From: Podarcis liolepis
Taxonomy: Eukaryota
Assembly (NCBI GenBank): GCA_965112155.1
Contig: OZ218104.1
Reading direction: 5' to 3' (one strand)
DNA length: 64,000 nucleotides
Position 1 is the stretch's first letter, and each line of letters begins with the position of its first letter. The notes below the pieces were generated by a model. It did no database searches, was not told the DNA's origin, and was given only the letters and a program-made list of their open reading frames with translations. Shown piece after piece: positions 25,943 through 37,698 of this stretch. A program made the position numbers and the translations under genes.

Positions 25943-26082
25943 NNNNNNNNNNNNNNNNNNNNNNNNNNNNNNNNNNNNNNNNNNNNNNNNNNNNNNNNNN
26001 NNNNNNNNNNNNNNNNNNNNNNNNNNNNNNNNNNNNNNNNNNNNNNNNNNNNNNNNNNNNNNNNNNNNNNNNNNNNNNNNNN
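25943..26082. other. Assembly gap (140 N)
   Basis: Run of N. Confidence 0.95.
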
Positions 26083-26508
26083 TGTCATCTCACCTTCCTC
26101 AAACTCTGATGGGACAATCATTCAAACACAGATTCTCACTGAGGAAACATCAACCAACCCTTCTGGGCTATATTCATCTGCAATCTGCCTAACAAAAGAT
26201 CAGTCAGGCCAAAGGCTAACAATATTTACTTTAAATATTAGCACAAGTTCTTTCTGGATAAAAGTCAATGAGAGTTCCTCCTCCTAAGAGAGTGGTAACA
26301 AGTAAGCTGCTCAACAGGTTCTGAGATGGAGAACTAGAATATGTTTTAAAATGTGGCATGTAAAATATATTTTTAACAAATATTCGCTGAAAGTAATGAA
26401 TTTCCTTCAGACACACCCAATATACTGCATTTATTTCAAAATGTGTGTATTTATTTATTTTTGCCTTGGGGGTGGGCAATGTAATACTTTAGTCCTAGCA
26501 CTCCTACA

Positions 26509-27266
26509 TAGGNNNNNNNNNNNNNNNNNNNNNNNNNNNNNNNNNNNNNNNNNNNNNNNNNNNNNNNNNNNNNNNNNNNNNNNNNNNNNNNNNNNNNNNN
26601 NNNNNNNNNNNNNNNNNNNNNNNNNNNNNNNNNNNNNNNNNNNNNNNNNNNNNNNNNNNNNNNNNNNNNNNNNNNNNNNNNNNNNNNNNNNNNNNNNNNN
26701 NNNNNNNNNNNNNNNNNNNNNNNNNNNNNNNNNNNNNNNNNNNNNNNNNNNNNNNNNNNNNNNNNNNNNNNNNNNNNNNNNNNNNNNNNNNNNNNNNAAA
26801 TAGATATATTATTGAAAATAATGTTCAAAAATATATTATACATGGGGAGACTGCTTTGCAAAAAGTATATATTAGGCACAATTGCCTGTATATTACAGTG
26901 GTGCCTCTAGTTAAGAACTTAATTCATTCCGGAGGTCCGTTCTTAACCTGAAACTGCTCTTAACCAGAGGCATGCTTTCACTAATGGGGCCTCTTGCTGC
27001 CGCTGCACCACCAGCACACAATTTCCATTCTCATCCTGGTGCAAAGATCTCAACTCGAGGTATCTCTTCCAGGTTAGCGGAGTTTGTAACCTAAAGCATT
27101 TGTAACCTGAGGCATTTGTAACTCAAGGTACCACTGTACATGTATCTTAGGGGAAATCAGCACTAAAATGCTGCCAAAATTTAAAAGATGAATTCACAAA
27201 CTGATTTGGGAATCTGGATAACTTAAGATAGGAAAAATTAGAAAGTGAGAGAAATGCCCATCCCTA
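26509..27266 (-). mobile_element. TAGGGATG-type hAT-like element spanning a 285-N gap (26513-26797), with a nested Tigger MITE
   Basis: Begins TAGG just before the gap and ends CATCCCTA; flanks CTCCTACA / CTCTTAGA (6/8 match, decayed 8-bp TSD). Confidence 0.65.
26896..27136. mobile_element. Tc1/mariner (Tigger-like) MITE
   Basis: TIRs cagtggtgcctc / aaggtaccactg with TA duplication on both sides. Confidence 0.88.
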
Positions 27267-28127
27267 CTCTTAGATCTGCCCCGTAATATCTGGTAGATGT
27301 GTCTTTATCTCTCCCCCCCCTTTTTTGAAATTAGCAGTTGTTCTGCTCGCTTTGGAGAGAAACATGTGTTCAATTTTAATGCCATGACAGTCAGCTAATG
27401 TTCTAAAACTTTGAATATGTGAGCACGCAAATGTGAAATTGTTCAAACATCCTTGACTCTTAATATGATAAAATGTACAAATGTAGAATTAAATAGGCAT
27501 AAGATCACAGACTTTAGAAATATTATGTAATAATCTAAATAGGAGACTGCAGCTAATGTAACCTCTTCAATGCATGAATGAAAATAAATACACTAAAATG
27601 AAATTATCCTAGTGCCTCTCTCTCTCTCTCTCTCCCTCTCTCTTTTTTGCAAATGTCTAATAAATTTGAAAAATACTTCTGATCAAAATGAAGACAAACA
27701 AGCCTCTTTGAGATGTAGGTTAACTGCTAACCTCTATATTTGTGTAAGTGTTGTAGCATAACTGCTCAATATTACAGCTGGTACTTAACACATTTAGGAT
27801 TGATTGAAAGTGTTTGGAAAGGATAAAAGCTTAGCAAACTAATTCAGGAAAAAATTATATTTATCTGAACCAATTTCTATAGCTTGACATGTTATGATTT
27901 ACCTCTAAGCCTCTAAAACAGCTTAGAAAATCTTTCTCCTCATGGTTTGACTGATTTCCTTCTACATACACTGCTTAATCCCTCCTGGGAAAACAATTAA
28001 TATCGAAGCAAACACCGCATACATTGACTATGATAAACTAAAAGATGTGTGAGATTAGAAGTGACGATGAACTGCACACAGCTGGATGATGCGGCATAAT
28101 GAAAGAGTCCTGGAAATTGAATGCCCA

Positions 28128-28170
28128 GGAAGGAAGGAAGGAAGGAAGGAAGGAAGGAAGGAAGGAAGGA
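28128..28170. repeat. (GGAA)n microsatellite
   Basis: Direct reading. Confidence 0.95.
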
Positions 28171-28467
28171 CAGAAAAAGAAGCTTTTAGACTGTCACTAT
28201 TTCTAGATGGGCTTCAATCACATGGCAGCAAGCTCAGGTTGCACAATTAAAATTGCTTTGGAACTCATGCATAACAACTCCTCCCTCATCAAATTGGACC
28301 TAGTCCAATAAGGAATATGGTGGGGAAAATTCATTGGAAAGCGTGGCCTAAGGTTTGTTTGGTGCAACGTTGTCAAACCTCTCCAGCAAATGCTCAATAA
28401 ACAGGCAGTGGCATCTAATTTCCCTTAAAAACAACAACAATGGGACAAATGCTCAATAAACACATCC

Positions 28468-28510
28468 GAAGGAAGGAAGGAAGGAAGGAAGGAAGGAAGG
28501 AAGGAAGGAA
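28468..28510. repeat. (GGAA)n microsatellite
   Basis: Direct reading. Confidence 0.95.
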
Positions 28511-29072
28511 AACAATTGCATGTGTCTACGTATGTAATTGATTTAAAAGGGCAATAGCCATAGTTCAGTGTCAGAGAACATGCCTTGAATGTAGAAGGGC
28601 CTAGGTTAAATTTCCAGCATTTTCACCCTGGACTAGGAAAGAGTCATGCCTGAAACTCCGAAAAGCCACTGTCAGTCATAGTCATCAGTGTTGAGCTAGA
28701 TGGACCAGTGGTTTGACTAAGTATAAAGCAGTTTCCTATGTTTTTGTGTTGAACACATTTTGGGAGGAACTCTCAAGTTCTCTTCAAATGTAACTTTGTT
28801 TTCTCTGAGTGCACTTTTAAACTGTAAATTCCTTGGGCAGATACATTCCTTCCTGTCCTCTGTAAACTTACATGCACACTGATGGCAGAAGATAAATAAA
28901 TAAGAGCAGCAATAACTCTTGTCTGAGTATTGGACTTAGACTAGAAACCTGTGTTCAAATCCCTGCACAGACATAAAGACATTACTTGAAGGCCTTGAGC
29001 CACGCATTGTAACTCAGCTGAAGGTCTCTCACAGTCTTGTTGTGAAGATAAAATGGCAGCAAGGAAAAACTA

Positions 29073-29314
29073 CGGTGGTACCTCGGGTTAAGAACTTAAT
29101 TCGTCCTGGAGGTCTGTTCTTAACCTGAAACTGTTCTTAACTTAAGGTACCACTTTAGCTAATGGGGCCTCCTGCTGCTGCCACGCTGCCGGAACACGAT
29201 TTCTGTTCTCATCCTGAAGCAAAGTTCTTAACCTGAGGTACTATTTCTGGGTTAACAGAGTCTGTAACTGAAAGCGTCTGTAACCTGAAGCGTATGTAAC
29301 CCGAAGTACCACTG
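29073..29314. mobile_element. Tigger-like MITE nested in a MIR-like SINE (about 28930-29345)
   Basis: TIRs cggtggtacctcggg / cccgaagtaccactg; flanks carry the SINE core ttgtgaagataaaatgg and tail ccctgagctccctggagaaaaggcaggatat. Confidence 0.85.
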
Positions 29315-31599
29315 CCCTGAGCTCCCTGGAGAAAAGGCAGGATATCAGTGTGATTAGCAGTAAATAATAATCTCATGAGCTCTGACTTTTGGGACTGTGC
29401 TATTAATATGCTACCATGTTTAAAGTTGGTCTTTAATAGGTTGTGATGTGACAAATATAGAACAAGGCAGTCAGAAAATACACCTGGATTTAATACCAGA
29501 GCCTGCAGAAATTCTGTACAGTGCTGTGGGATATATATTTTTAAAGTTCTTAATCAATGCAGGCACATTCACATCTGCTTATAGATTCTGGCTGTGTAGA
29601 ACTTGCTAGCAACTATAGCTTTCCTACTTTGAGCACTGAGCATGTGAATGTGCTGAGCCAGTGCATCAGTTCTTGCACAGCTTTAGACTTCAACTTCACC
29701 ATTAGGATTCTCACTTCCGCCTAAGTAAAAGTCGCCCATTGAAACATCTAGAAATTGTCACTCTGACATACTTTGGTTTCCCACCTCAGAAACAGGATGA
29801 TATTTACAGTATAAGCACTCATACCCTGAGGAAGCTCCCTATACCAACTCAAAGATATTTTTTTTTTCATTGTTGCAGCAGAATCATATATGGATTGGTG
29901 CTCACTAATTTTGGGTAGACCAATCAATCCCTTTCAGATCTCTCACTTTCTCATTTTTCAAATCTTGAATTTTGGTTTGCCACATTTCCATTGCAATCTG
30001 ATTTTTTTTGTAACTTTTCAAAAATCCATGAACAATTTAATGCACATTTCTCCTGGTGTCCACATTTTTGTGTGCAGTGTTGCTCAATATACACATGTAG
30101 GCAGACAATATTCCCTAACACTTATGTGTGCTGCTTTCACTGATATTCAATTTTAATGCACACACATTTTTGGAGACATTTGTGATTGAAGAACTGTATC
30201 GCAACACTTGGAGGATTGAGAATTTTGAAGCATAGCTGCATTTTTCTTTACATATTGCTTTGGGAAGTGTGAATTTGGTAAGCTGGCATTAAAACTGAAT
30301 CAATTTCCTCCCTCATTCTGAGTTATAGCCACCTTAAATTCTCTCTTTTTTTTCTAGGCTGGAGATAGTCTGACCCTCTTTAGTTATGCAGCCTGAAACT
30401 TTAGGAAATAATGCCAAATCACATATGTCTTCTGCAAGACCTTCAGGCCCAGCAGGGAGAGATACAGCTCTCCTCTCTCCAGAGAAGCTGGACTACTGAG
30501 CTCTCTTCAATTATAGGTATGTCTTGCTGCCGCCTTGCCACTTCCTTCAGAGCTGACTGACCTCAGGAGCCTGATTGCATGATGACACAAATCTGGCTGG
30601 GCCAGATGCTTGGAGGGTGATCTCAGGAGCATGCTCAGAGCCTAATCTGGGGAAACTCATGCTGAAAATTGATCTAGGGGAGCATGGCCAGTTTGGTTGC
30701 ACCGAGCATGGAGCTTCTGGGGGTATAGAACTGGCTTCCCTTAGGGTGACAATGAAACAATTCATTCAAATGACACAATCATTCAGATGTGGCCTGTGGA
30801 TTTCTGCACATGCCCAAATAACTGTGACATTGTTCTCTTTAATGAAAGCAAATGTCACCATCTAGTTACATTTGCAACCGAGAAGAGTTTGCCATGTTTG
30901 GCCTCCCCCTTCCATAATTTAGGAACAAGTACGACTTGGTGATAAAGTTTTAAATAAGAACACTTACCTTGACAGAAAACAGGAGAAAGAAACAAAGACA
31001 CTGCCCCTTGTGTGCTGTATAATGAGTCACTATTCTCATTTTTCACCTGAAATCAATCGTTACGGTGCTGCAGCAAACACTGCCTCATCTATACATATAT
31101 ATCATTTTTCCAAAGGATGCTCTAGAGAGGACATAGATCAATATGAATTCATTTTTCCTGGTAATGGAAAATATTTCAAATGTTCAGCTATCAGAAACCA
31201 TTGAGAACTTCAGGCGATGACATGCTTATGCTTCACCCCCAAAGTCTAGGACATATATAAACCTCCTGGATTCTGTGCATACCAGAATTACATTGCTAAG
31301 AAGTTAGATGGTTTACAATATCATATATATGCCAGCAGTCCCTACAGCAGAATCTCTGTCTTTTGGTGTCTCTCTCTGGTTAATTGCTGTCCCCCCTTTT
31401 GCCCTAATTTCTGTCCCGTAAAAAAAATTAAGAGTCCTGCTGGATCTGCCCATCTATTTGGTCCAACATCATGTTTCTCAGACTGCCCAATTAGATGTCT
31501 GTCAAAAATCCACAAGCAGCGCATGAGTGCATTGGCCCTCTCTCGCTGTTGTTCCCTAGCAACTGGCATTCACATGTATGGGGCTGCTGATCCTGGAGG

Positions 31600-32470
31600 T
31601 AGTACTTAAGATCCCTGCTGGATCAGACCAAATGCCTATCTAGCCCAGCATCCTGTTCACTTTGGTGGCCAATCAGTGGCCTGTTGGAAATCTACAGGCA
31701 GTGCATGAGTTCAATAGCCCTCTACTGCTCTTCTTTCCTCAATGACTGGTCTTCCGCTGTCGCCTCTGGTTCTAGAAATTGTATACTGTCATCATAACTG
31801 ATAGCATTCGGCAGCCTTATCCCACATGAATCCTAATCTAATTTTAAAGCCATGTGAGTTATTGGCTATCACTACAACTTATGGAAGGGGATTCCATAGT
31901 TTAACTATGCACCATGTGAAGCAGTATTTCATTTTATCTGTCCCAAATCTCCCACTGTGCAGCTTCATTGAATAACCTTGGATTCTAGTACTATGAGAGA
32001 GGGGGGGAAACTTATATCTGCCCACTGTCTTCAAGCGATGCATAACTTTATGAGCTTCCATCATGGTGCCCTTATCAGCACCTTATCAGAGCATCTGCTC
32101 AGCATTCAAAAGGTCCCAGGTTCAGGCCCTGGCATCTCCAGGCAGGGCTGGGAGAGACTTTGGTCTGAAAGTCTGATGAGCAGCTTCCTGTCGGTGCAGA
32201 GATAATACTGAGCAAGATAGACCATTGGCTTCTATTTGCCTCCTTTCTAAAGCAAAAGTACTAGCCAATGTAACATGTCCTCAAAGGCGAGTTTATCCAA
32301 CCTTTGCTGCCCTTTTTCCAGCTCTGTGCAATATCCCTTTCCAGGTGAAGCAACTGGAAGCATGCACAATGTTCCAAGTGTGATTACATCATAGATTTTG
32401 ATAAAGGCCTTATGATATTGGCAGTTTTATTTCCAACTCTTTTCCTAATCATCCATAACATGGAATTCAC
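31600..32470 (-). mobile_element. CR1 LINE 3' portion with an inserted SINE
   Basis: ORF 31879-32064(-) HSTRIQGYSMKLHSGRFGTDKMKYCFTWCIVKLWNPLP matches the CR1 ORF2 C-terminus. Confidence 0.85.
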
Positions 32471-33994
32471 CTGTTGGATGCCTTATTAAAATTTCCTACA
32501 TGTGAGTTATTATATTATCAATCTTCAGAGTTCAGTTCCCACCCTTTACCTGTAAAAGTGAAATTTGACTATGTGGGTGGATGCATCTAGTACACACGCA
32601 TGTTAATTAGGGATGGGTGAATCAGTCAATTTCTGTCTCTCTCATTTTCTCATTTTTGCAAGCTTAAGTTTAGTTTTCCACATCTCCACATCTGTTTGCA
32701 ATTAAAAAATATATATTCTGGTGAAAATGTATCAGTATTTTAATGTGAATTTCTACTAAGGTGTGTGTGTGTGTGAGAGAGAGAGAGAGACAGAGGGATG
32801 CATAGAAAATAAATGCACCACATTTAATGTTATTATACACCAACTTTCCTCCAAGGAGGTCAATGGGACATGCATTCTTTATTCTATTTATATCCCACCC
32901 TTCCTCCAATTAACTTGATTTAGTGTACACGATTCCCCCTGTTTTACCCTCACAAGAAACCTTTGAGGTAGGTTAGGTTGAGGGTGGGAGAGAGAGATGG
33001 AGACAAAGAGAAAGAAAGATTGCCAAAGGTCATACAATGTGTCTAATCACTTGAGTGGAAATATTAAACTGCTTTCATAGGATGCTACCTTATACTGAAT
33101 CAGGACATCACTCCATCTAGCTCAAAATTGTCTGCCACAGGGGTAGCCAATATGGTGTCACCAGATGATGTTGGACAACTACCCCAAACATCCAAACATC
33201 CAAAAGCATTGGCCATTATGGCTGTGTCTAATGGGAGTTGCCTGAGTCCAACAGCATATGGAGAACACGAAGCAGTCTTCCCCTGGTTTACACTGACTGG
33301 CAATGATTCTCCAGGGTTTCAGGCAGGAATCTTTTCCACTTCTACTTGGAGATGACAGAGACTGAATCTGAAACCTTCTGCATGCAAAACATGTCTTCTG
33401 TCCAAAGTCCCTTCCGAGTCCTATTCCAACACTCTAAACATTGTACCACACTGGCTCTGCTGGACAATGCATAATAGTGTAGAGTGTGAGGCATGGTAAC
33501 CGATTCTTGGCATGAACAGTGAAGTGTCGCAAGCACACAATTGTTTTCATCTTCAAAATGTAGATCAAGTTTGTACTGTGGTTGAAAGGTTTTAGGGACA
33601 TTACAGGCCTTAGTGTGAATGTGGATCTGATTCGCAGTCATGTACCCATTCGGGGTGGTGTGTTTTTTCTTGTGGTATCCTTATGTGAACTCAGTTCATT
33701 TAAATCCATGGCTCATAAAATGCAAATAAGCTCAGCCCACTCTTGCATTTTGCAAAAGTTACTTAATTGACTTTGATTCTCCAGGCCACCGTTGCAAGAA
33801 CTCCTTGCATAATGGATTTCACTATTTGCAGTTCTGCTACTGTTAATCATTCCCCACCATCACCAAGTATCCATTTGCATGCCCTCAAGATATTGCAATT
33901 AGTTTGCCATGTGGTATCATTGTTCTTGTCTTCCTACCCACTGGGCAGCTTGTGTTCCTGACCATCCCATCCATTTTAAAATCACACCTGCAAG

Positions 33995-34533
33995 CAGTGT
34001 CTTTTTTCTAGAAAAAAGATGCTGTTCCTCACCATGAAGTATTCTTCTCGGTTGCCTGGTTGAGGCTGCTGCTGGATGGGCCATACTGTGGGCTGGGCTC
34101 AGGGTGGGGCAATTGCCTGCAGAGCACCCAAAGCTGGGCTCACTGCTGGTGGAGGATATGGCCTTCTGCCTCTGTGGCATCCACAAGACCTTTGAGAAAG
34201 CTGGAGTCCTCTTGGTGCTGCCCAGCCCGGCTGCCGCTGCTGCTACTGCCACAAATCTGACCCACCTGGGAACCAATGAGCAGCTTGCACAGGCCTTGGA
34301 GCTGGCTGAGTGGTGGCAGCAGGTGAAGTGGCAGCCTGGCAGCTTCCTGCAGCTGTGCCACCACAGGACAAGGATAAGGAGGAAGTGCTGCCACCAAGAC
34401 TGGCAGTGCCATGGGGTCCACCACTGTTGGCATGAGAAAAAAGGTGCACCCACATGCTTGCTTTGGAAGTCAAGTCAAGATTTTTTTTGGGGGGGGGAGT
34501 GAGTACCAGTGAGTACAACCAGAAAAAGCACTT
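33995..34533 (+). mobile_element. hAT-type non-autonomous element carrying GC-rich, coding-like cargo
   Basis: Termini cagtgtcttttttctag / ccagaaaaagcactt; perfect 8-bp TSD CCTGCAAG at 33987-33994 and 34534-34541; same terminal type as 14767-14908. Confidence 0.8.
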
Positions 34534-35504
34534 CCTGCAAGCAATAAAATACTAAAGAGCATAAGAAAACAGAGGTGGCTTAGTCCCCCCCCCCCAATAC
34601 TTAAGGGGAGTAAACAAAGAAAAAGCTGTAACGGTGGAAAATACTAATTTTAAAAGGGGCCTGCTGCTGAAGAGAGATTTTAGGAATGGATTTCAGTCTA
34701 ACATAAATGGTATTATTTTTATTACCAGCAGTTAATAGAAAATTGTGGCACTGCTGTGGCAATGATATCTTACACTGCATGGCAAATTGTTTGTGTGACC
34801 ATGTGTGTCTCTTTGTGTATGACTTTTACCACAAAAAGCTGCCCAATTAGTATAATTAAGCACGACAACCTTCCCCTCTCCCACGGACCATCATGGTGGT
34901 AGACAGGTTTAGATTATTGTTAATGGCTACTGTCATCATCTCAATTAAACAGAATTCAAGTGAATACACATTGTAGCAACATAACAGTCCACACATTGAA
35001 ATGGGTTGCACAAGTATAATGGCCTGGTTCAATAAGCTGCTGCTTCTTGTGTTATATTTTAATGACTGAAGAAATTTGTACAACTCAATATTGTGAACAC
35101 TAACATGAAACCAGCTGGACTCAGCTGTGAGAAAGAGAACAAGCTTGATTCTTGCTAAAATCAATAATCGAATACAAGCTTGATTATTGCCAAAACGATC
35201 GTGTTCCCTAGTAATGAGAATTTAAGGATACTGGTGACAGTGTTGCCACTGGCTCAGACAGCACCTTAACATGTTGCCCTATAACTTTTCAGATAGTTTC
35301 AATATAGCTGAGATGAATAAATGGAAAAAAGGAGGTCAGGGGGGAATTGAGTGGGTGGTTGATCTGCAACCACATTAATATATACTAAAGTTTCCTGTTA
35401 GTCTCAGAGAAAAGGGGCATAGTTGTTCATCAACCAACATTTGTTCCCCTTCTATTTCTCTCCTAAGTTCCTTTCCATGTCAACACTCAGCTAACACAAA
35501 ACCT

Positions 35505-35887
35505 GCCTGGCATCTGTCTATATCAGGGGAAAATTGAAGAGTGTGCCTTTGGGGGTGAAGTCAAGCCGTTGGAAAGTTAGAGTGCATTCTGTGCCTGTAG
35601 AGACTGATTTGGGAGAGACATGTTTTGCTGCATCTGGGGCAAATGAAGGGGTCCGATGCTGGTGTTTTTATTCTTTCTGTGCTCTTCCCAATGGTCATTT
35701 CTCCTCTGGTCACTGCTGTGGATACACAACCTGACTAATTGTCTCCAAGCACTGCAAGGAATTACCACATGGTGGGCTTCATATTGCCAGCTTTAATGTC
35801 AAGTTTGCAGACAACTTTGTAATGCAGAGTTGGTCTACCAATGGGCCTGTTGCCTGAAGCCAGCTCCCTGTAGAATACGTCCTTGGC
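35505..35887 (-). mobile_element. RTE-clade LINE 3' fragment (same family as 1990-2485)
   Basis: Reverse complement matches 2070-2480 (agggagctggcttcaggcaacaggcccattggtagaccaactctg...). Confidence 0.85.
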
Positions 35888-37190
35888 CACAAAACCTAAT
35901 GGGAAGGATTATGAGAGCAGCTTTTGCAACTCCACTTTGGATGAAAATGGTTGTAGAAGTGGAGCCACAGCCAGCAACGCTGCCTTAAATACAAAACTGA
36001 AATAAGCTGTCAGGCTTCCCCAATCTGTCTGATGTTGCTCCGTATCCTATATCAAATCTGCTCTGATGCACTCCTCTCATTTTCTCCATATAATGTATTT
36101 ACTTGTTACCATTCTACTTCTTTTCCCTGTACCCAGCACCAGCCCAAAAGATTATTCTGTGTGAGGCAAAGGATATGGCACCCTCAATCTGATGTACAGA
36201 ATCTGACTAGACCAGAGCACTGTTGGGGCACTTGAGGGCAGCAGACTAGATTAGGGGGCTCAGAGCATGTTATTTTAAGGGACTCAGGGAGAATGGTGTA
36301 TGAAACTGCTGCCATCTACCACCTGAAACAGCCATCTCACTCTAATATTAGACAGGGCAGGTCCTGCATGTCCCAGCCTCACTCTTCTCTTTTACGGCCC
36401 TTCTAAACACACAGACATGCACAGAAACACACACATCTACAAAGTCTTTCTCATCACAGCATGAGCTTTTCTTTGTTTTCTGCTATCAGTTCAATCATCC
36501 CATCCCAATCTTTTTTTGGTTACTCTTTTATCCTTCCTTGTCCTTTCCTGTCACTTTAGAACACAATTTGTCTTACTAAGATTGTATACCTTGTGTGCAA
36601 GGACAGTGTCATATCTGTGTCTTTGGCTGATGCAAAAGAAATAAAGAAATAACGGTTGACTACTGCTATAATAATTAATATTCACATTGTTGATGCAAAC
36701 ACAAACACTTACCTAAGAGAAATTTTATGCAAGTCCAAAATTTCCTCAAATATTATTTCAGAGTGCTAAACTCTCTATTTTCAGACAGAAGCCTTCTTAA
36801 TCACCATTTGAATTTTACAGCCAATTGTAACCTAGCAGTCAAGTCCTTCCCCCACAGCAAATCACAAATTTGTTATACAGTATGCAATTTCCAAATGTCT
36901 ATTTCACACACCTGGACTTTTCTTCTCTATAACACAGCTTAAAAGATAAAGATATGTTTATGAAATGACAATTTATCTGATACAAATCACTGAAGTTGAA
37001 AATTGACTTGGACGTACCTCAGTTGGAATGTCACATGGCAGAGAAGGCTACTTATTAAATCCTGGACTGTATTAGTAACTTGAATGTCAATTTAAAATTT
37101 GCTTTTCAGAAAGAACTCTTTGGTTGAAGCTGATTTTAGCTTCATTTGGAAAATGTTGTATTAATGTTAGCTGCAGGAGAGCATAGGAAG

Positions 37191-37698
37191 TGTTAGGAGT
37201 CCAGATTCCTGGCTTGATAACACAGTAAGCGTACGTAATTAAAAAGGAGGATTTATTGCAAAAAAAACCCCAAGCAGTTATCTCTGGATGGCTCTAGCAA
37301 GCCTCTGGCCCCTATCACTCAGCTGACCCTTCTGAGGAGTTCTTCCTGTGTCAACAGAAGAGACTGAACCTTCAACATTTATGTTTCTTATTTTGCTTGC
37401 TGTCTAGCAGCCTTCCTATATGCCTGCACCTTGAACGTATTTGGTCAGCTGCGGCCCCTTCCTGTTCTGAAAAGCTGTCTTTGTGGCTTTCCACACCTGT
37501 TTGGGCTTACAGGGAGCTTTGGCTGTGTTCCAATCTGCTCTCCGTTTCTCCCTTATCAGCCGTCCATCCAAGGTCGGGGGAATCGGTGCTGGCAGCTGTG
37601 GGCTCTCCTGTCCTGGCATGAAAGCCCAGCCTCTCTGTTCCTGACTGCATTCTGCAGCCGGCTGTGAGATTACACTTGGAGCTGGTGTATTCATGACT
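37191..37698 (-). mobile_element. Probable solo LTR (about 508 bp)
   Basis: Termini TGTTA...TGACT (one substitution from TGACA); flanks GGAAG / GGAAC; minus-strand AATAAA near 37255. Confidence 0.55.

Noticed and set aside
35139-35195. Imperfect 22-bp repeat with 35-bp period as a CRISPR-like array
   Set aside because: Two units only in eukaryotic DNA; a simple local duplication.
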